A stretch of DNA of 62,137 nt, filler included. It is 23 parts of 23 records of this genome, joined end to end, with 100 filler letters (N's around TTAATTAATTAA, not from the genome) between each part and the next. Parts side by side here need not be neighbours in the genome. Positions count along the whole stretch, not along the records: positions 35,457 to 38,308 come from SRR16133337_20910; positions 38,409 to 41,047 come from SRR16133337_21027; positions 41,148 to 43,637 come from SRR16133337_21040; positions 43,738 to 45,832 come from SRR16133337_21104; positions 45,933 to 48,094 come from SRR16133337_21459; positions 48,195 to 50,624 come from SRR16133337_21655; 17 more parts are not named here. One strand, written 5' to 3'. Of the stretch, positions 36,572 to 50,305 are shown one piece after another. The translations under genes were made by a program, and so were the position numbers. Numbering within the stretch: position 1 is the first letter of the stretch; each line of letters starts with the position of its first letter. The notes below the pieces were generated by a model, which ran no database searches, was not told where the DNA came from, and saw only the letters and a program-made list of their open reading frames with translations.

Positions 36572-38078
36572 ACATGACATTCTGCAGCCACGTAAAGGAC
36601 AGAAAAAACGTGCATGTAAGATGACCCCAGCACAACGATTGTTCATGGTGTTAAGCATTTTGAGACACAACCCAACCATGAGATTTACACAATGGCACTT
36701 TGGATGTGACAAGGTAAAATAAACATAAAAAACAACAAGTTTCTGTTACTGGCTTTGCAAAAAATACAATGAAAAACCAAAGGAAATAAACAGTGCGCGC
36801 TGAAAAACATATTTACTCAAAAAGAGGCAAAGTGAAATCTGATTCAATGTTTTCGCACAAGTTCAAAACAAAACGTTTTCGTTTTACGTTTCAACTTTCA
36901 TGACGCAAGTTGAAACTTCAAAAACCGCATATACAAAATCCAGGGAGTGTGGGTGTGGGGTGCGAAATTATAATCTCCCGAGACATACTTGTGTTGGAAA
37001 ACCACATTCTTAAAAAATGTTATCGCACCGAAACGAAACGCAATTACATCACTTCATTATTTTTCTCCATGTGTTTTTCAAACTGATAGAAAATATAAAA
37101 TCAATTCCACGTTTGGGAAATGTATATGATTAAATTTGCCTTTTGTTTGTGACTGTTGGCATGCCGAAAAACGAACCAAGGAAAACATAATTATAATTTA
37201 CCCACACAACACTTAATTCTCTTTGTGTCGAACTTTATAGAGCACAGCGAATCGTGACCTACAGCACATATGTCAGATACTAGTCAACAACTTGAGCTTC
37301 TTGGTGGTAAATTCACTTCTGCCACGATAAACAAAAACGACAATATCACATTTCAAATAAAGGAATAAACACCCACCAATTATTAAACCCACAACCACTC
37401 GAAGGTAAAACATTTCAGGTTTTTTAATGATTTGAAATCACCGTTAACACCCTACCTTGAAATTTCGCTAGTACATATCACGTTGTTTTTCGTGAAATTT
37501 AAGGTGTTTCTGCGATATGACAGACTCAATGAAACAAAGACGAAAATTATGATTACGTGTCCACAATTTTATTAAATTTGTGGAGGTTATGTGTAATTTA
37601 TTTTTGCAAACGCCTCTCCTTTTTGTAAGAACAACGACGAAATTGTGATAATTAAAAATCCGTCAGATCTTTTGAAAAAAATTTTGTACACTTCTAACCC
37701 TAAGTTTTTGAAATAAAGACTCTTGAACGGGAGTGCGTTCTTATCTTTTATTGAAATGCGCTGCTCCATCAGTATCAACCAATGTATCTAGCACACGCAA
37801 GTGATTTTGTATCCATGCATTTGAAACATAACATGATAACTCCGTCGTAGAGTACGTTAATCGATACAATTGGAAAACATACAAAATAATAATACAAATT
37901 CAATGCAAGTTATTTGATTTTGTTTCATGCCAGTTAGAACTGGATGGACCCCATTGAACGAGCACAACTTTGTAGCGTTGATCCTGAATGGCCTGGGGTG
38001 ATCGGAATGGTTGACGGGCTGCCAGTTGCAGCTCCTCGATTCGTAAAGGGACAAAGGAACTTTTCTAGCCGAAAAGAA
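36572..38078 (+). mobile_element. PIF/Harbinger (DDE_Tnp_4-like) transposase gene with spliceosomal introns, partial; exons 36572-36713, 37241-37306, 37938-38078
   Basis: HTH-like MTPAQRLFMVLSILRHNPT...FGCDK|STANR, then NW...WPGVIGMVDGLPV..PR...FSSRK with the first catalytic Asp in the GxIDG motif; phase-0 joins are in frame. Confidence 0.8.
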
Positions 38079-38937
38079 GTGAGTCATATTTTACGGTACT
38101 CTGAAAATCACGCAGCAAATATTTACCACAAAATATTGCCCACACAAATTAAAAAATAAAACCGCAAACGTTCTTCGACTTTCAAATTTAACATGAACCT
38201 GTCATTTCATTTCTGATGAGTTTAAATTTTGTTTATTTCAAATATAAATAACATACGCTCGCTCCACTCGCAAAAAGTGTTATAATACCATAATGGTGTC
38301 AAACTCGTNNNNNNNNNNNNNNNNNNNNNNNNNNNNNNNNNNNNNNNNNNNNTTAATTAATTAANNNNNNNNNNNNNNNNNNNNNNNNNNNNNNNNNNNN
38401 NNNNNNNNAAGGGTCCCGGGCTAGTACCTTAAAGTCAAAGTTATATCTCTTTTATGCTTATAATTGGATAATAATTTGTTTTCTCACAAAGTATGATAGC
38501 TTCTGTAATTATATCTCTGTATGTTCCGCACGGGGACGATTTTCCAAAAAATCAATTTTGTGCCCTTTTTTGATCTATAAATAGGTGTTCCATTGTAGCG
38601 TTGGAAAATCAACAAAAGAGAAAGGTTGCATTTTTGAAAACAAAGATTTTTGGTACCAAATGTTTTAGAAATTGAATTCTCTGTCACTTTAGTTTTGAAT
38701 TTTTTGATAAAATATAAAACATTCTGACAAAGTAATTATGGTATGCTGATTCATTTCAATTTTTCGGACGGATAAATGAATGTATAGAAGTTACGTTTTA
38801 AAAAAACACGCAAACACTCGTCATAGAACGTGTATTGCAAAAATAAAATAAGCCGCAATCCACACTTACAAACATACACCTTTGATAATATCACAATGTT
38901 TTCAAACGCTTAAAAGGTAATGAGTAATCAACATTAC

Positions 38938-40787
38938 CTGGTTTAGCTTTTCTGCAAATATACGCATACTCGAGTTCACATGGAGCGTCATTCCAAGTAT
39001 TTTGGGCTTTAAGCACAGTACAATCCTCTCCGTTGTGATCGTTTGGTTCCCCTGAATTCCATTTTTCGAACCCTGTGCTCGAGCCGTCTGTCCACTCAAA
39101 TGCTCCTAAAACATTATAAATATTGAAAAATACATGTACAAAAAATCAGCAGGCATATGATTACTTTCTTAAACGCTGCCAATAGCTTTTCTATAGGGGT
39201 GACTGATTATTTTCAACATTTTTTTTATTTTAAATTCATGAAAAGCATATTTTGAACACCATAAAAATTGTGATTTTTCACATTTTTATTAACTTTTTTG
39301 GTCTGTTTTTTTCCCGACAAGTGCGTGTAAATATTTGTTTTGTATTTCATACTGTAGAATGGGCTTAGGACTCTTTGTGGTCAAATTGTTGTAAAATGAC
39401 TCAACATATTTGTAGAGAAAATCCGTGCTCACTGAGAGGTATAACAACCCGTGTGCTTTCAATTTGTCCAACTTTTTTACTCCGCGAATTAAACAAACAA
39501 AACATAGATGATGACTTTTATGACAACACAAATACAAGTTGTCTCTTATTTAGCAGATAAGTTGTTGGATTAAATTTTTACAACCATTGAAAGGGAAAAT
39601 TTTGCAAGTTTTCAAATGCACAACATTTTAAAACATCACCCACAAAAGTATTCTTTTTCACAACAACAAAAAACAGATTAAGAACAAACCTTCAAGATTG
39701 ATATCATGAAATCCGATCCACACATCCGAATTCGAATATTCACCAAGTAAATCATTTTCATCAGTACTGTGTATACTTGCAAGGTGGCCGCCATATCGTT
39801 TTTGACAATCAAGTTCAGCATCGGCCCATGTCAGTGGATCATTGATATAAATGAATTCTAACATAATTTCAAAACAATTGACAATGACAAAAAAATGTAC
39901 AAGAAATCGTTAGTTTAGACAAACGTAATTCTGCACCGGTCCCATTCGAAAAAAGATTTTTATTTTAAAAACAAACATATGCAAGTTCCACAAAAAAGTA
40001 CGTGTTTGTACCAGATGTAAAATGTTTTGGAACATGAAAATAAAAACATCTAATTTTTCTTTTCGAGCCTCAAGTGATTCTAAAATGCATGTTGGGTGTT
40101 TGTAAACATTTATTCTTGTGGCAGCTTTGCAAATTATGTAGAAGGGTCTACAAAGGACAAACATACTTTTAGATATATACTATTTTATTTTTGAAAAAAT
40201 CACATATGCTAGAAGATACACTTTTTGGCACGCGCCATTCGTCCGCGTTTCTGAGTTTGCAACAAGGGATATACCACAGATTCGTCATTTGTGTGTTCGC
40301 ATAAAGATTTTTAAATTAAGAATTTTTTGCTGACAAAATTGATATGTCATATTTCCACTGCAATTTTTTCATTTGTACAACTCCATATTGAACTTTTTGT
40401 CAGCGCATGTCTACGCGATAACTCAATGCTTTGTGAGTTTGAAATAAAATCCCTTAAGGCGACGGGTGGTGTTCAAGCGCTATTCATTGATACAAACTGT
40501 ACGCGCAATAATCTAAACATATGGGGAAACAAATCATCCAGAATACCACCTTACATAAAACGTAAATATGTACAAATGCGATAATTTAATATTTTATCGC
40601 GACACAAACTTACCAAAATCGGACGATACTTCACAAACATAATCTCGTCTTAGCTCACATCCAATATCATTCCACACCTCCTTGTCTCTCTTGAGCTCTA
40701 CACAATCTTCAGCTCTTTGGTTATTTGGTTCCCCAGGATTCCAATTCGTATAAGTTGTTGGTGATCCATCACTCCATTCAAATATGT
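38938..40787 (-). CDS. Multi C-type lectin domain protein, partial; exons 40787-40614, 39857-39690, 39105-38938
   Basis: FEWSDGS..W..GEPNN..EDC..WNDIGC..YVCE; TWADAELDC..GHLASIHS..E..VWIGF; FEWTDGS..W..GEPND..EDC..WNDAPC..YICR. Confidence 0.93.
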
Positions 40788-43783
40788 CTAAAGAAATCAA
40801 TCATATACAATCTCAAAGGATTTTGAAAAGCTATACTCTTGGTATTTGAGCTTGTTTATGATAAAAAAAAATTGAGTTTATTGCACATAAATTCGGAGCG
40901 TTGTAGTGTTGATCATGGATACCAAAATATAAAAATTGGACATATTTTCGCAGGCGGACATTAGGATTTTTTCAAACGTGCAACTGGTTGTTCTCAAAAT
41001 CAAGTCCATAGATTTTTTTCAAAATATGTCCATCCTTCATTCATGCTNNNNNNNNNNNNNNNNNNNNNNNNNNNNNNNNNNNNNNNNNNNNTTAATTAAT
41101 TAANNNNNNNNNNNNNNNNNNNNNNNNNNNNNNNNNNNNNNNNNNNNTGAAAATCCTTAGACAGAGTTTTACCTCAAGGTACTTCACCTGGACCTTTTTT
41201 TCTATCGGGACCCTTCGCCCGTTTGTAATATTGGGTGCGCTATTGTATTCTAGGATTACTCGTGGTGAGGATCCCAAGACTAGATTGTGCGTGCCTTCAA
41301 ACACATTTCTCTCAAATTACACATAAAATAAAACGTGGTATTTTAGGTATTTACTAAGTTATCATTAGAACGACTGAAAAAGGGAAGTTAACACCGCAAA
41401 TCGAGATTTTAAAAAAATACACACCTTATTACTTTGTTCTCCTCCGATTGACGTTCCTGTAAATTTTTGACCTGTCCCGTCAAAGTTTTTATCGTTAAAC
41501 TAAAAAAAATAAAATAAACATAGTTTTTTTTTATTTTACATACAAAACGAATAATGTTCGATTTCACAAAAACGTACAATCAAAAATCGTTTCAAAGTAC
41601 TGTTTGTCACAAATACTGTTACGTTTTCGTGACTTTCTCCATAAAACAGACATTTTGTATTAAACGAAATTTTTCAAATTCATAAAATTGTAAATTATAC
41701 CCGAATTAGATTTGTATGAGGAAATACGTGTCGTGTATTTTCAGAGTTTTCCCCAGTTCCTTGTCAAAAAACGGATCAATGCCGTGGAGATAAAAACGTT
41801 ACGTATTAAACAATATTTTTTTTGATACACTTTCAGAGGTATTTACCGCAAAATCCTCTTACTTTGTAGAACCAAAACACCCCACAATAGATTTGTTTTC
41901 ATTGTAAGAAACACACCCCACCACTTCCACACCCATTATGTAAGCACTTACACCAATCAATTGGCATCAAGGTGAACGTGAAATTGAAATAAGAATAATG
42001 ATTTTCAACGAAAATTAAAAATTGTGTTTACCCATCTTTTTTGTGTTTGGGCGGACAAAAGAAATTTCGTCAACTGACGCATTTTAATACTTTCTCAAGA
42101 CTGTTTTTCACGTTCCAAATTTTGCAGGAGTCATTGTTTAACGTTCACATCGTTTATACGTTTCATACGAGAAATGAAAAGCAATAGTCGGCATAAAGGT
42201 TGCAACCGAGGAGAAGAAAAATCGCTTGTGATTACCAAAAAATGTGCCTTTTTGTGGAAAACATTTCATATCCTATAGCTCCGACTGTAAAATTATACTC
42301 TAAAAATGTACGTAACATTTTATTTTCAACGTATTTTTCTGCTTCGGGAGTAAAAGTTTACTGTAAAATCGTGCAATTTTGATGTAAAATTGTAAATTTG
42401 CACAGTGGGTGCTTATGGGATATTTCTACTTCTTGTGGAGTGTGTGATAGTGTGTGGTTGTGTGTGAGGTTCTTATAAATTATAGTACACTTACTCTTTT
42501 TCTTGTAATCGCCTTCTCCATTTTTTCTCTCTTTTTTCTAATTTTGCACGACGACCCATTTCTAAAAAAGCAACGCAATAAACAAAATAAGTGATGCATG
42601 TTGTTATCTCCTCACTAACTGCAACTTCTGAGAGACTTTCGTTCAGTAGCTACATTTTTTGAAAGACGAAGAAATCAATTTTCATATAAAACATGAAAAA
42701 TATGATGAATTTCACACATATTTAACATGAAAGTTAAGTAATTTTCACAAGTAGAGAGCAATTTTTGGAAAATTCATGAAATGTGAAAGGGAGTGAAATT
42801 TGAAAGGGAGTGGGTTTACTTGCCGAAAATTACAAATATTAAAGTGTTCTATTTTGAAAAGGTAGTGGGTTTATTAGGGGGTGAGTGGATCTTGTCATTC
42901 ATTGATATTGTGTGTGCTCTGAAATTCACGAAACATTTTTTTGATGAATGACGCATTTTAATTTGTGAAATCCATTTTTTCCCCCAAATTTTCATTTTGC
43001 AAAGGCATGAGGGGTTACTTGACGAAAATGTTTTTTCAGAAGCGAAAAAAAAATCAATTTTCGTTGTGTTATTCATTGAAATAGCCTTTTCCACCAAAAA
43101 ATGAGACAATGGAAAATGGCATCCATGCTCTACTGACATTCAATACATACCATGCTGGTGCATTTTCTTGCGCAGATTGCGTTGGAAATCTTCAATTAGA
43201 TCGTCACAGTCACTCAATAGCTCCTCTTCTTGAGGTACATCTAAGAAACAAACAAAGATAAATAGACTACAGGGCCACGATCTGATTGAGTCGAAAAAAA
43301 GGAACTGTGTCCCTTTGTTTCATTGGCACTGAAAATTAGAGGCGGAAAAAAGCTATCTCCCTAAATAAACATGTCCAAGAAATTGTTTTGCCGCTTTTTA
43401 GGACACCGAGACATATTTCCAGTAGATTTTGCCTAAAACGTGTCTCAAAATGGGGAAAACCACGTTTTGGGAAATACACGGCAAATGTGTCAAAAATTCG
43501 TAAAGCCCACATCGTGGAAAAGACAGCCTGTCTTAGTGTCCCAAAAAGTGGAAAACAGCTAGCTCCTCGATATGTTGCATGAATTGTGCCAAGCTAAATT
43601 TCATGCCAATACTTAAGTTTAAATTTTTGTGATTCCCNNNNNNNNNNNNNNNNNNNNNNNNNNNNNNNNNNNNNNNNNNNNTTAATTAATTAANNNNNNN
43701 NNNNNNNNNNNNNNNNNNNNNNNNNNNNNNNNNNNNNATGAGAGCCGAAAAATTATCTTTTATTTTATTTTACAAACACTTAC

Positions 43784-44892
43784 CTCCAGTATTCCTTGTC
43801 CATAATTTTCTTCCCTGAATAACGGTTTCATTTTGTCCATGATTTCTTCGCTGAAAACACGAACAATGTGTGCTCCATTGCCATTGGAAATGTAAAATTT
43901 TCTGTCTTCGACTGAAACTGCGACAAGTACTCCAGAATTGCATTCCTTGTGTCCAACACCCCACACATTATGGACATTTACTGCAAAAATTCGAATTGCT
44001 AAAGATCACAAGAGAATATTATGTATTTTTCGGATTTTTTGTAAACATTTGAGAAAATCAAAGCCGTGTCACTGTGTTTTAAAATTAAATAACACTGTGT
44101 TTTTGCACAATTGCATCGCTGACAAGAGTGTAGGGAACGACAAAACAATTATGCATCTCTCGAATTTTGACAGTGGTGTTTTTTGATGCAAGTGTGTGGA
44201 TACAAGTGTTAGATTTTTGAAATCCACGATGTGGTTTTGAGATACAAAATACTGTTTGGATTGCTGAAATTTTGAATAAGTTTTTGATGTGTAAATATTA
44301 CTTTTCAAAACACAAAATTCACAAAACCATTTTTTTAACATCCCCAAAAATATTCGATTGGTCGAACAACACGTACCTAACAGCACCCACACACGTTAAA
44401 TTTTGTTTTTTGAGAATGTCATTGTCTGAAACATATTAACGTTGTCACACATTTCCATATTTTGAAACTTTCAGGCTGAATTTGTCAACAAAGAATATCT
44501 TTTCGCGAAAAACTTTGAAAGTGAAATGCAATTTTCCCTTTGAGTGGGTGTACGTGTAATTGTTTGTCGATATATTGTTACTCCCACATAAATTTTCACA
44601 AAAGTGAACGGGTAAAACAATTACTCACCTCCGTCAGCATCCATCAGCCAAGGAATGTCTAACTTTTTCACAACCGCCAAAGCAGTTTCAAACGGATATC
44701 CACAGTCATCGTTCAGATTTCCAATGTCTCTGATTTTCAAATGGATTTTGTATTTGAATTCTTCATCAAGTATGTTGTCGGGATCACAGAGATATGATTT
44801 TTCACCTTCGGGAGTGCCACAACATTCTGGATTTTTTGTTGGATTTGGAAAATCTTTTGCGTCGATTTTCCACGGAGAGGACGCTGTTATAT
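43784..44892 (-). CDS. Eukaryotic MOLO1-like TPM-domain protein, partial; exons 44892-44629 and 43980-43784
   Basis: FPNPTKNPECCG..SYLCDPDNIL, ETALAVVKKL, WGVGHKECNSGVLVAVSVEDRKFYISNGNG..MKPLFREENYGQGI. Confidence 0.82.
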
Positions 44893-46919
44893 CTAAAATA
44901 ATATGATAATTTGGTTTGTTGGTTCGTGCATTTGTGCCACAAAAATTCATGTTGGTATAGTTTTTGTTATCAAAATCTTTGTGTATTTGTGAATTCCATA
45001 ATAAGTTTTGCACTCCAGTGGCGGCGTGTGGGGTGGGTGGAATAAGTTTCAAGAAATCTATGACTTTTTTCATACAATATTATATTAATTTTTTTAGTGC
45101 AATTTTCAAACAAAATCATTGTTTGACGTTACCCAATTTCGGGCAACAAAATAGTGATTCTAGTTTTACCTTTCTTTGCCAGAGGAATCAAGTAGTCTCG
45201 TCTATCTGGTTGTGATCCAATGTTTCTCTTCCACACGTTGCTCCATCCACAAGTGAATTTGGTGACATTTGCTCTTTGAGCAAAGCGACAAGAGCGAAGT
45301 GTTCTAAAGGTACAATGTTATTAGTTTTGAGAGTCTCTCTTTCACATGTATAAAAACGCGATTTTCTCATCAAGATGTATTTTTTAATTTTGTTTTCATG
45401 AAATCTACCAAATTGTTTTGTGTTCCATTGTGAAAAATCCACCACAAAGAGGTATTGTATTGTTTTTGCATATTCTGAAACAATTTTTGGAGTTGGAGAT
45501 AGTTTTACTAAATGTGAAAAGTTAACGCTAATCATAAAAGAGAATAAGCGGGACCTTGTGAAAATTCGCTTTTGAGACATTCTTGTAATGTTGTTGGGTG
45601 ATGTAATGTGTCTGAATTATGACATGTATTCAAGTCGTTTAGACTGGTACGAAAATAGTTTTTGAGCTGACATACATAATAAGTTGCTTTACATCAAGAC
45701 AATTTTAGAGTACGCATCATTATGGGAAAACACTAAAATCTGCCACCATCCGTTTTTAGAGGGTTCAAATCCCTCTCAAATTTTTTTTTGTTGATCTCGT
45801 ATTTTGAATGACAAAACCAAATTAAGAAAATTNNNNNNNNNNNNNNNNNNNNNNNNNNNNNNNNNNNNNNNNNNNNTTAATTAATTAANNNNNNNNNNNN
45901 NNNNNNNNNNNNNNNNNNNNNNNNNNNNNNNNAGACTAAATATCCTTTTTTCCAGTGGCACTGGTAAAACAAAAATGTTTGTCTCGCTCTCTTCTTCGTT
46001 ATGCAAATGAAGTATCTTTTTGAATGGCTGTAGTCTGTACAAATCCGCATTTTAAAATCCGCAGACGGCAGTTTCGGAGAGTTACAACTCTGTGCTTTTT
46101 TGATACAGAATATGAGTTCAGCTTGCAGCTACAATGTCGCAGTGCCTTCTCGTAAGTGTACCAAACTTGCCGGAGTGGAAGCGAAAAAACAAACAACAAC
46201 ACTCATTCAAGGCGGAGAAGAGCACAAAAGTGGATGACGTAGAGTCATTACAAAGGAAAAGGCAGTTGAAAACTTAGGATGTAACTACAATTTATATACT
46301 TCAAAACTCTCCATTTGTTTGAACAAAACCTGGGCAGTAAGCACCCCTTGGGCTTTTTCAAAAACACCACTGAAAATCACCAAAAAACGTTGTAAGGGGA
46401 GTGTGTTGTGGGTTCTTACTCTGTTAGCAGCTGTAATCCTAACATTTTTGAAAATTACAAATGGACATTTTGATGTTTTCGGAAATGCAAGAAAGAAATA
46501 CAATTTTATTTAACATTTTCAGAAACACACCCCATTTTCATGGAAGGATTTTGAGACATCACGATATTATATAAGTGGAATTCATCATTTTAGCAATTTT
46601 TGTGCTTTTGAAACTGTATGATGGAAAAAGTAATTTGGTGAAATGTCCGATTTCAAGAGAGAGAGAGAGATGTGTGCGTGTGGGTAGTAGGTGAAATGAG
46701 TAATCCCACCGCAACTGCCATCTACGGACACAATACGTCCCCGCACAATCCACACACACACCCACTTACCAGTAAGAATCTTTGCACGTTGGAAAATTGA
46801 AATTCATGGATAAAGTGACGCAGTATTTTTATATTAAAGGGATTTTGACCTTACGAATTGCAAGATTTAAATTGTTTGTTTATGTGTTTTGAAAATAACA
46901 TTTGAACATTTTGCTTTAG

Positions 46920-47976
46920 GTATTGCTGAAGCTGATGCATGTGTACTTGTCGTGGCGGCATCAGATGATGAATTTCATCGAGGAATTGTAAAAGATGGTC
47001 AAACTCGTGAACATTTGCTATTGGCGTTCACTCTTGGAGTTAAACATCTCATTGTACGTTCTCGATACACACATCACACCATTCCGCACACATGGCTGTA
47101 TACATTGACAAACGTTCGCATTACTTGACTGTTCACAGTTATTTAACTTACGCGCGCTTAAAATTTTAACTTTCAAAGATTTTTTAAAAAAGAAGAAATC
47201 CACATACATACAAGAGTTCTTGGTTTCCAACGTTGTAGAAACCGTGGCGGAAAATGCATAAATAAAATTAGTTATTAGGATGTCCACAACCCTCCACCAA
47301 AATTACGATTTTTGGGATTTTTGAACGAATATTCGAAAAATTACTTTATTTGAAACACTCTACTGTGGACCATTTTTTTCGCAGTTCAGAACTTGATACT
47401 TTCAATTTTGAAGGATTTTCCATACATGGACTGAGCGATTTAGTTCTGTTAAAACGCTTTTTAGAATTTTTTGTAAACAGTTTGTTAGTTTGTTGAAGAT
47501 TCTTTTAGACTTTTTAAGACATGTAAGTAAGAATTTTAAAAAACTTATGAAAAATTCGCTGGATGATTTAGGGGATTTGTCTGTTCAACGAATGTTAAAG
47601 TTTTCATTTGCCTTTACATTGTCCGATGTACACTAAGTACCTGTCCAAAAACTAATTTCGGCGAGAACATTGGAAATTGATAACACTTTTTTTCTTCAAT
47701 GAGTGAACTTACGAATGTTCGTTCAATTTATCAAATGCAATTATCACACGTGTGAACATGAAAAACACAGTTTAAGAAACTTTTATGCATTTGTGCTTGG
47801 ACATATCTACGCATTTAGGTTGCTGTGAATAAAATCGATCTAGTTGGATACGAAGAATCGAACTTTGACAATATTAGACGTCAAATGCAATTGTTAATAA
47901 GAAAGGTTGGTGTCAAGTTCAAAACAACAACATTTGTACCTCTCTCGGCATGGCGTGGCGAAAATCTAACAACGAG
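46920..47976 (+). CDS. Divergent EF-1alpha/HBS1-family translational GTPase, partial; exons 46920-47053 and 47819-47976
   Basis: [42 protein letters not shown] (G4 NKxD)..[11 protein letters not shown]. Confidence 0.88.
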
Positions 47977-50072
47977 GTATGTCAAAACAAATTTCAATGT
48001 CAGAAATGAAAACAAATTAAATTTACAATTCACCACTGCCCAAAATCCGATGTGACAAAACAAAAGTCAACCATCCATTGTTCCATTCATCCTCNNNNNN
48101 NNNNNNNNNNNNNNNNNNNNNNNNNNNNNNNNNNNNNNTTAATTAATTAANNNNNNNNNNNNNNNNNNNNNNNNNNNNNNNNNNNNNNNNNNNNTAAATA
48201 CTGTGGATGTACCCCCAACATTCCGAACAATCCCCATTATGGGATATTTTTCAAATTCGATTTTTTCGCCACAGAGAGCTTGGATTGCTCGCGTTGAAAA
48301 CACCGCCCAAAACGCAAAGTTTCGTCCGAAATCGATTTCAAAACGAGATCCGGAAATCTGGTTTTTACAAAACAACGTGAAAAGTTTTTTAATTCAATGT
48401 TCTAACGATTCATGGTGGTCCGACGAAAAATTATTTGCGATCACCTCAAAACAAAAAGTATTTTTCAGCGAATTTGCAGAATACACATCAGCAAATGCCG
48501 ACCAAAGGAAATGATTTTCGGAAACGCTAAAAAAATTTGTGCCTCATATTTTGAGAAATTTTCGAGCATTGGAAACTGTTTCTCGGCTCAAAATCACTGA
48601 CACAAGGGTCTTGGCACACACTTTTTCTCGGACTTTTACGTTCTTGTCGCACTTTTTCCGCAAACTCGTCCGTGAATGTTTTGTGGGGCCACATCCTAAA
48701 TTGTGTGCTTCCACCGACACCATATTTCAATGCAATATCCACCGATCGGGACCTTTTTTGCGGAGATTGATGTGATGTTGACTTTGTCATGGGTGGTGGA
48801 GTGCCATCGCCCTGAATGGTGTAATGTCGCTGTTGTAGTGTGCAAAAATGTAAAAAGCAACAAATAATTGTCGATACGGTAATTTTCCTTTGCACAAATT
48901 TCTTATTTCAGTTCTACTCAAGGTTTATAGTCAAGTTTGCCTCTCACTCTTTTCTGCCACATTTTCTTGAAGTTTGATTTTAAAACTTGCTGCATGATTT
49001 TTCAGCACGACGACAAATTATTGAGTTCTGTGATGCCTTCACAGAAGACGAAGTAGACACTTTACTTTTGATATTGTCTGAAAAAAGCGACGCGGCTTGT
49101 TTGTCAATATTAGAAGGTGGTGGAATTCGAGTCACGAAAAGACTTCAGGGGCTACTAGATAGAGGTTTGTTTGTGTGATGCGTGTGTGATGTATGTGCGT
49201 TGTGTATGTGTGTGGGGTGGGTGTGGGGTGGGGGATGGGGAACACGCCCAACCATGACATCAATGTTGTAGTAACATGAGACAACGAGAGTTGTGCTAAA
49301 AACAATGGAAGTAGAACGTAAAAAAAGTGTCCTCATGCTGTTCACATTTTTAAAGAGTTTCAAGGCTTGAACTGCAACAAAAATCGTCATCCCTTCTATG
49401 CATGGTGTGTCGTAAGATTTGCCTGGTTTGAATGCACAAGACCGCCATACGGAAATTCACATTTTTAGAATCACTCAGCACCAAAAAGTGTAGTTTACAT
49501 TCTGTTCGCACTTTTCACAACGGTGTAACGTCACGGCGACATCATCTCGGACTAGATTTTGTATTTGCGACCCTCCAAAGCCTTTATTTTACAAACCAGG
49601 CCGGGGCAGGTGTGGGGTTATCTACTTGTTGGTGTTTTGTGTCTCGATCCACCACAGTGTCTGTGTTGTGTATGTGTTTGCATGTACGCGTATGAGTGTG
49701 TGTGTGTGGTGGGTGTTCTTGCGTGTTATGATCTACACTACCGGTGTACAACATTCTAAAACTCTTCTCATGAAAAAAGATTTTGGTGGACACAAAATAA
49801 TTATGGTGATATGTGGATTATTTTTTGGGGTCTTTCAACTTTAACCTGGTTGGATTCCATAGAAAAAACCGTTTCTGGTAATCTTTTGCAACAAATGTGT
49901 GCCAAACATGTGTTGTGATAAGTGTGTTACACGTGTTTTGGTGTTGTAAGGCAATCTGGAAATATTTTTTTATGGCATAAAAGTGATTTTTCGACACAAT
50001 TTCCAGGAAATATATTGTTTTTCAACCTGGCCAAACTCTAGGGTTTTTGAAAGACCCCAAAAAATAATTCAC

Positions 50073-50305
50073 ATGTATGTGTGTGTATCGAGTGTGTATC
50101 AAGTGTGTATGTGTACCAAGTGTATGTGTATCCAGTGTACCGAGTGTGTGTGTATGTGCATCGAGTGTATGTTTGTACGTATGCGCGTATGTGTGTGTAT
50201 GTTTATGTGTCTGTTGTGCATGCGTATTGAGTGTATGTGTATTGAGTGTATGTGTATCGAGTGTGTATGTGTATCGAGTGTATGTGTGACGTTTGCATGT
50301 TGTGT
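50073..50305. repeat. Low-complexity (TGTA/TGTG/TCGAG)n microsatellite-like tract in a probable intron
   Basis: Repeated GTGTATGTGTATYGAG units; produces spurious Cys/Val/Met-rich ORFs. Confidence 0.85.

Noticed and set aside
21432-44892. HGT link between the bacterial TPM gene and the eukaryotic TPM gene
   Set aside because: Different contigs; the eukaryotic gene has introns and the MOLO1-type PNP/CDPD N-terminus and shares only family-level similarity
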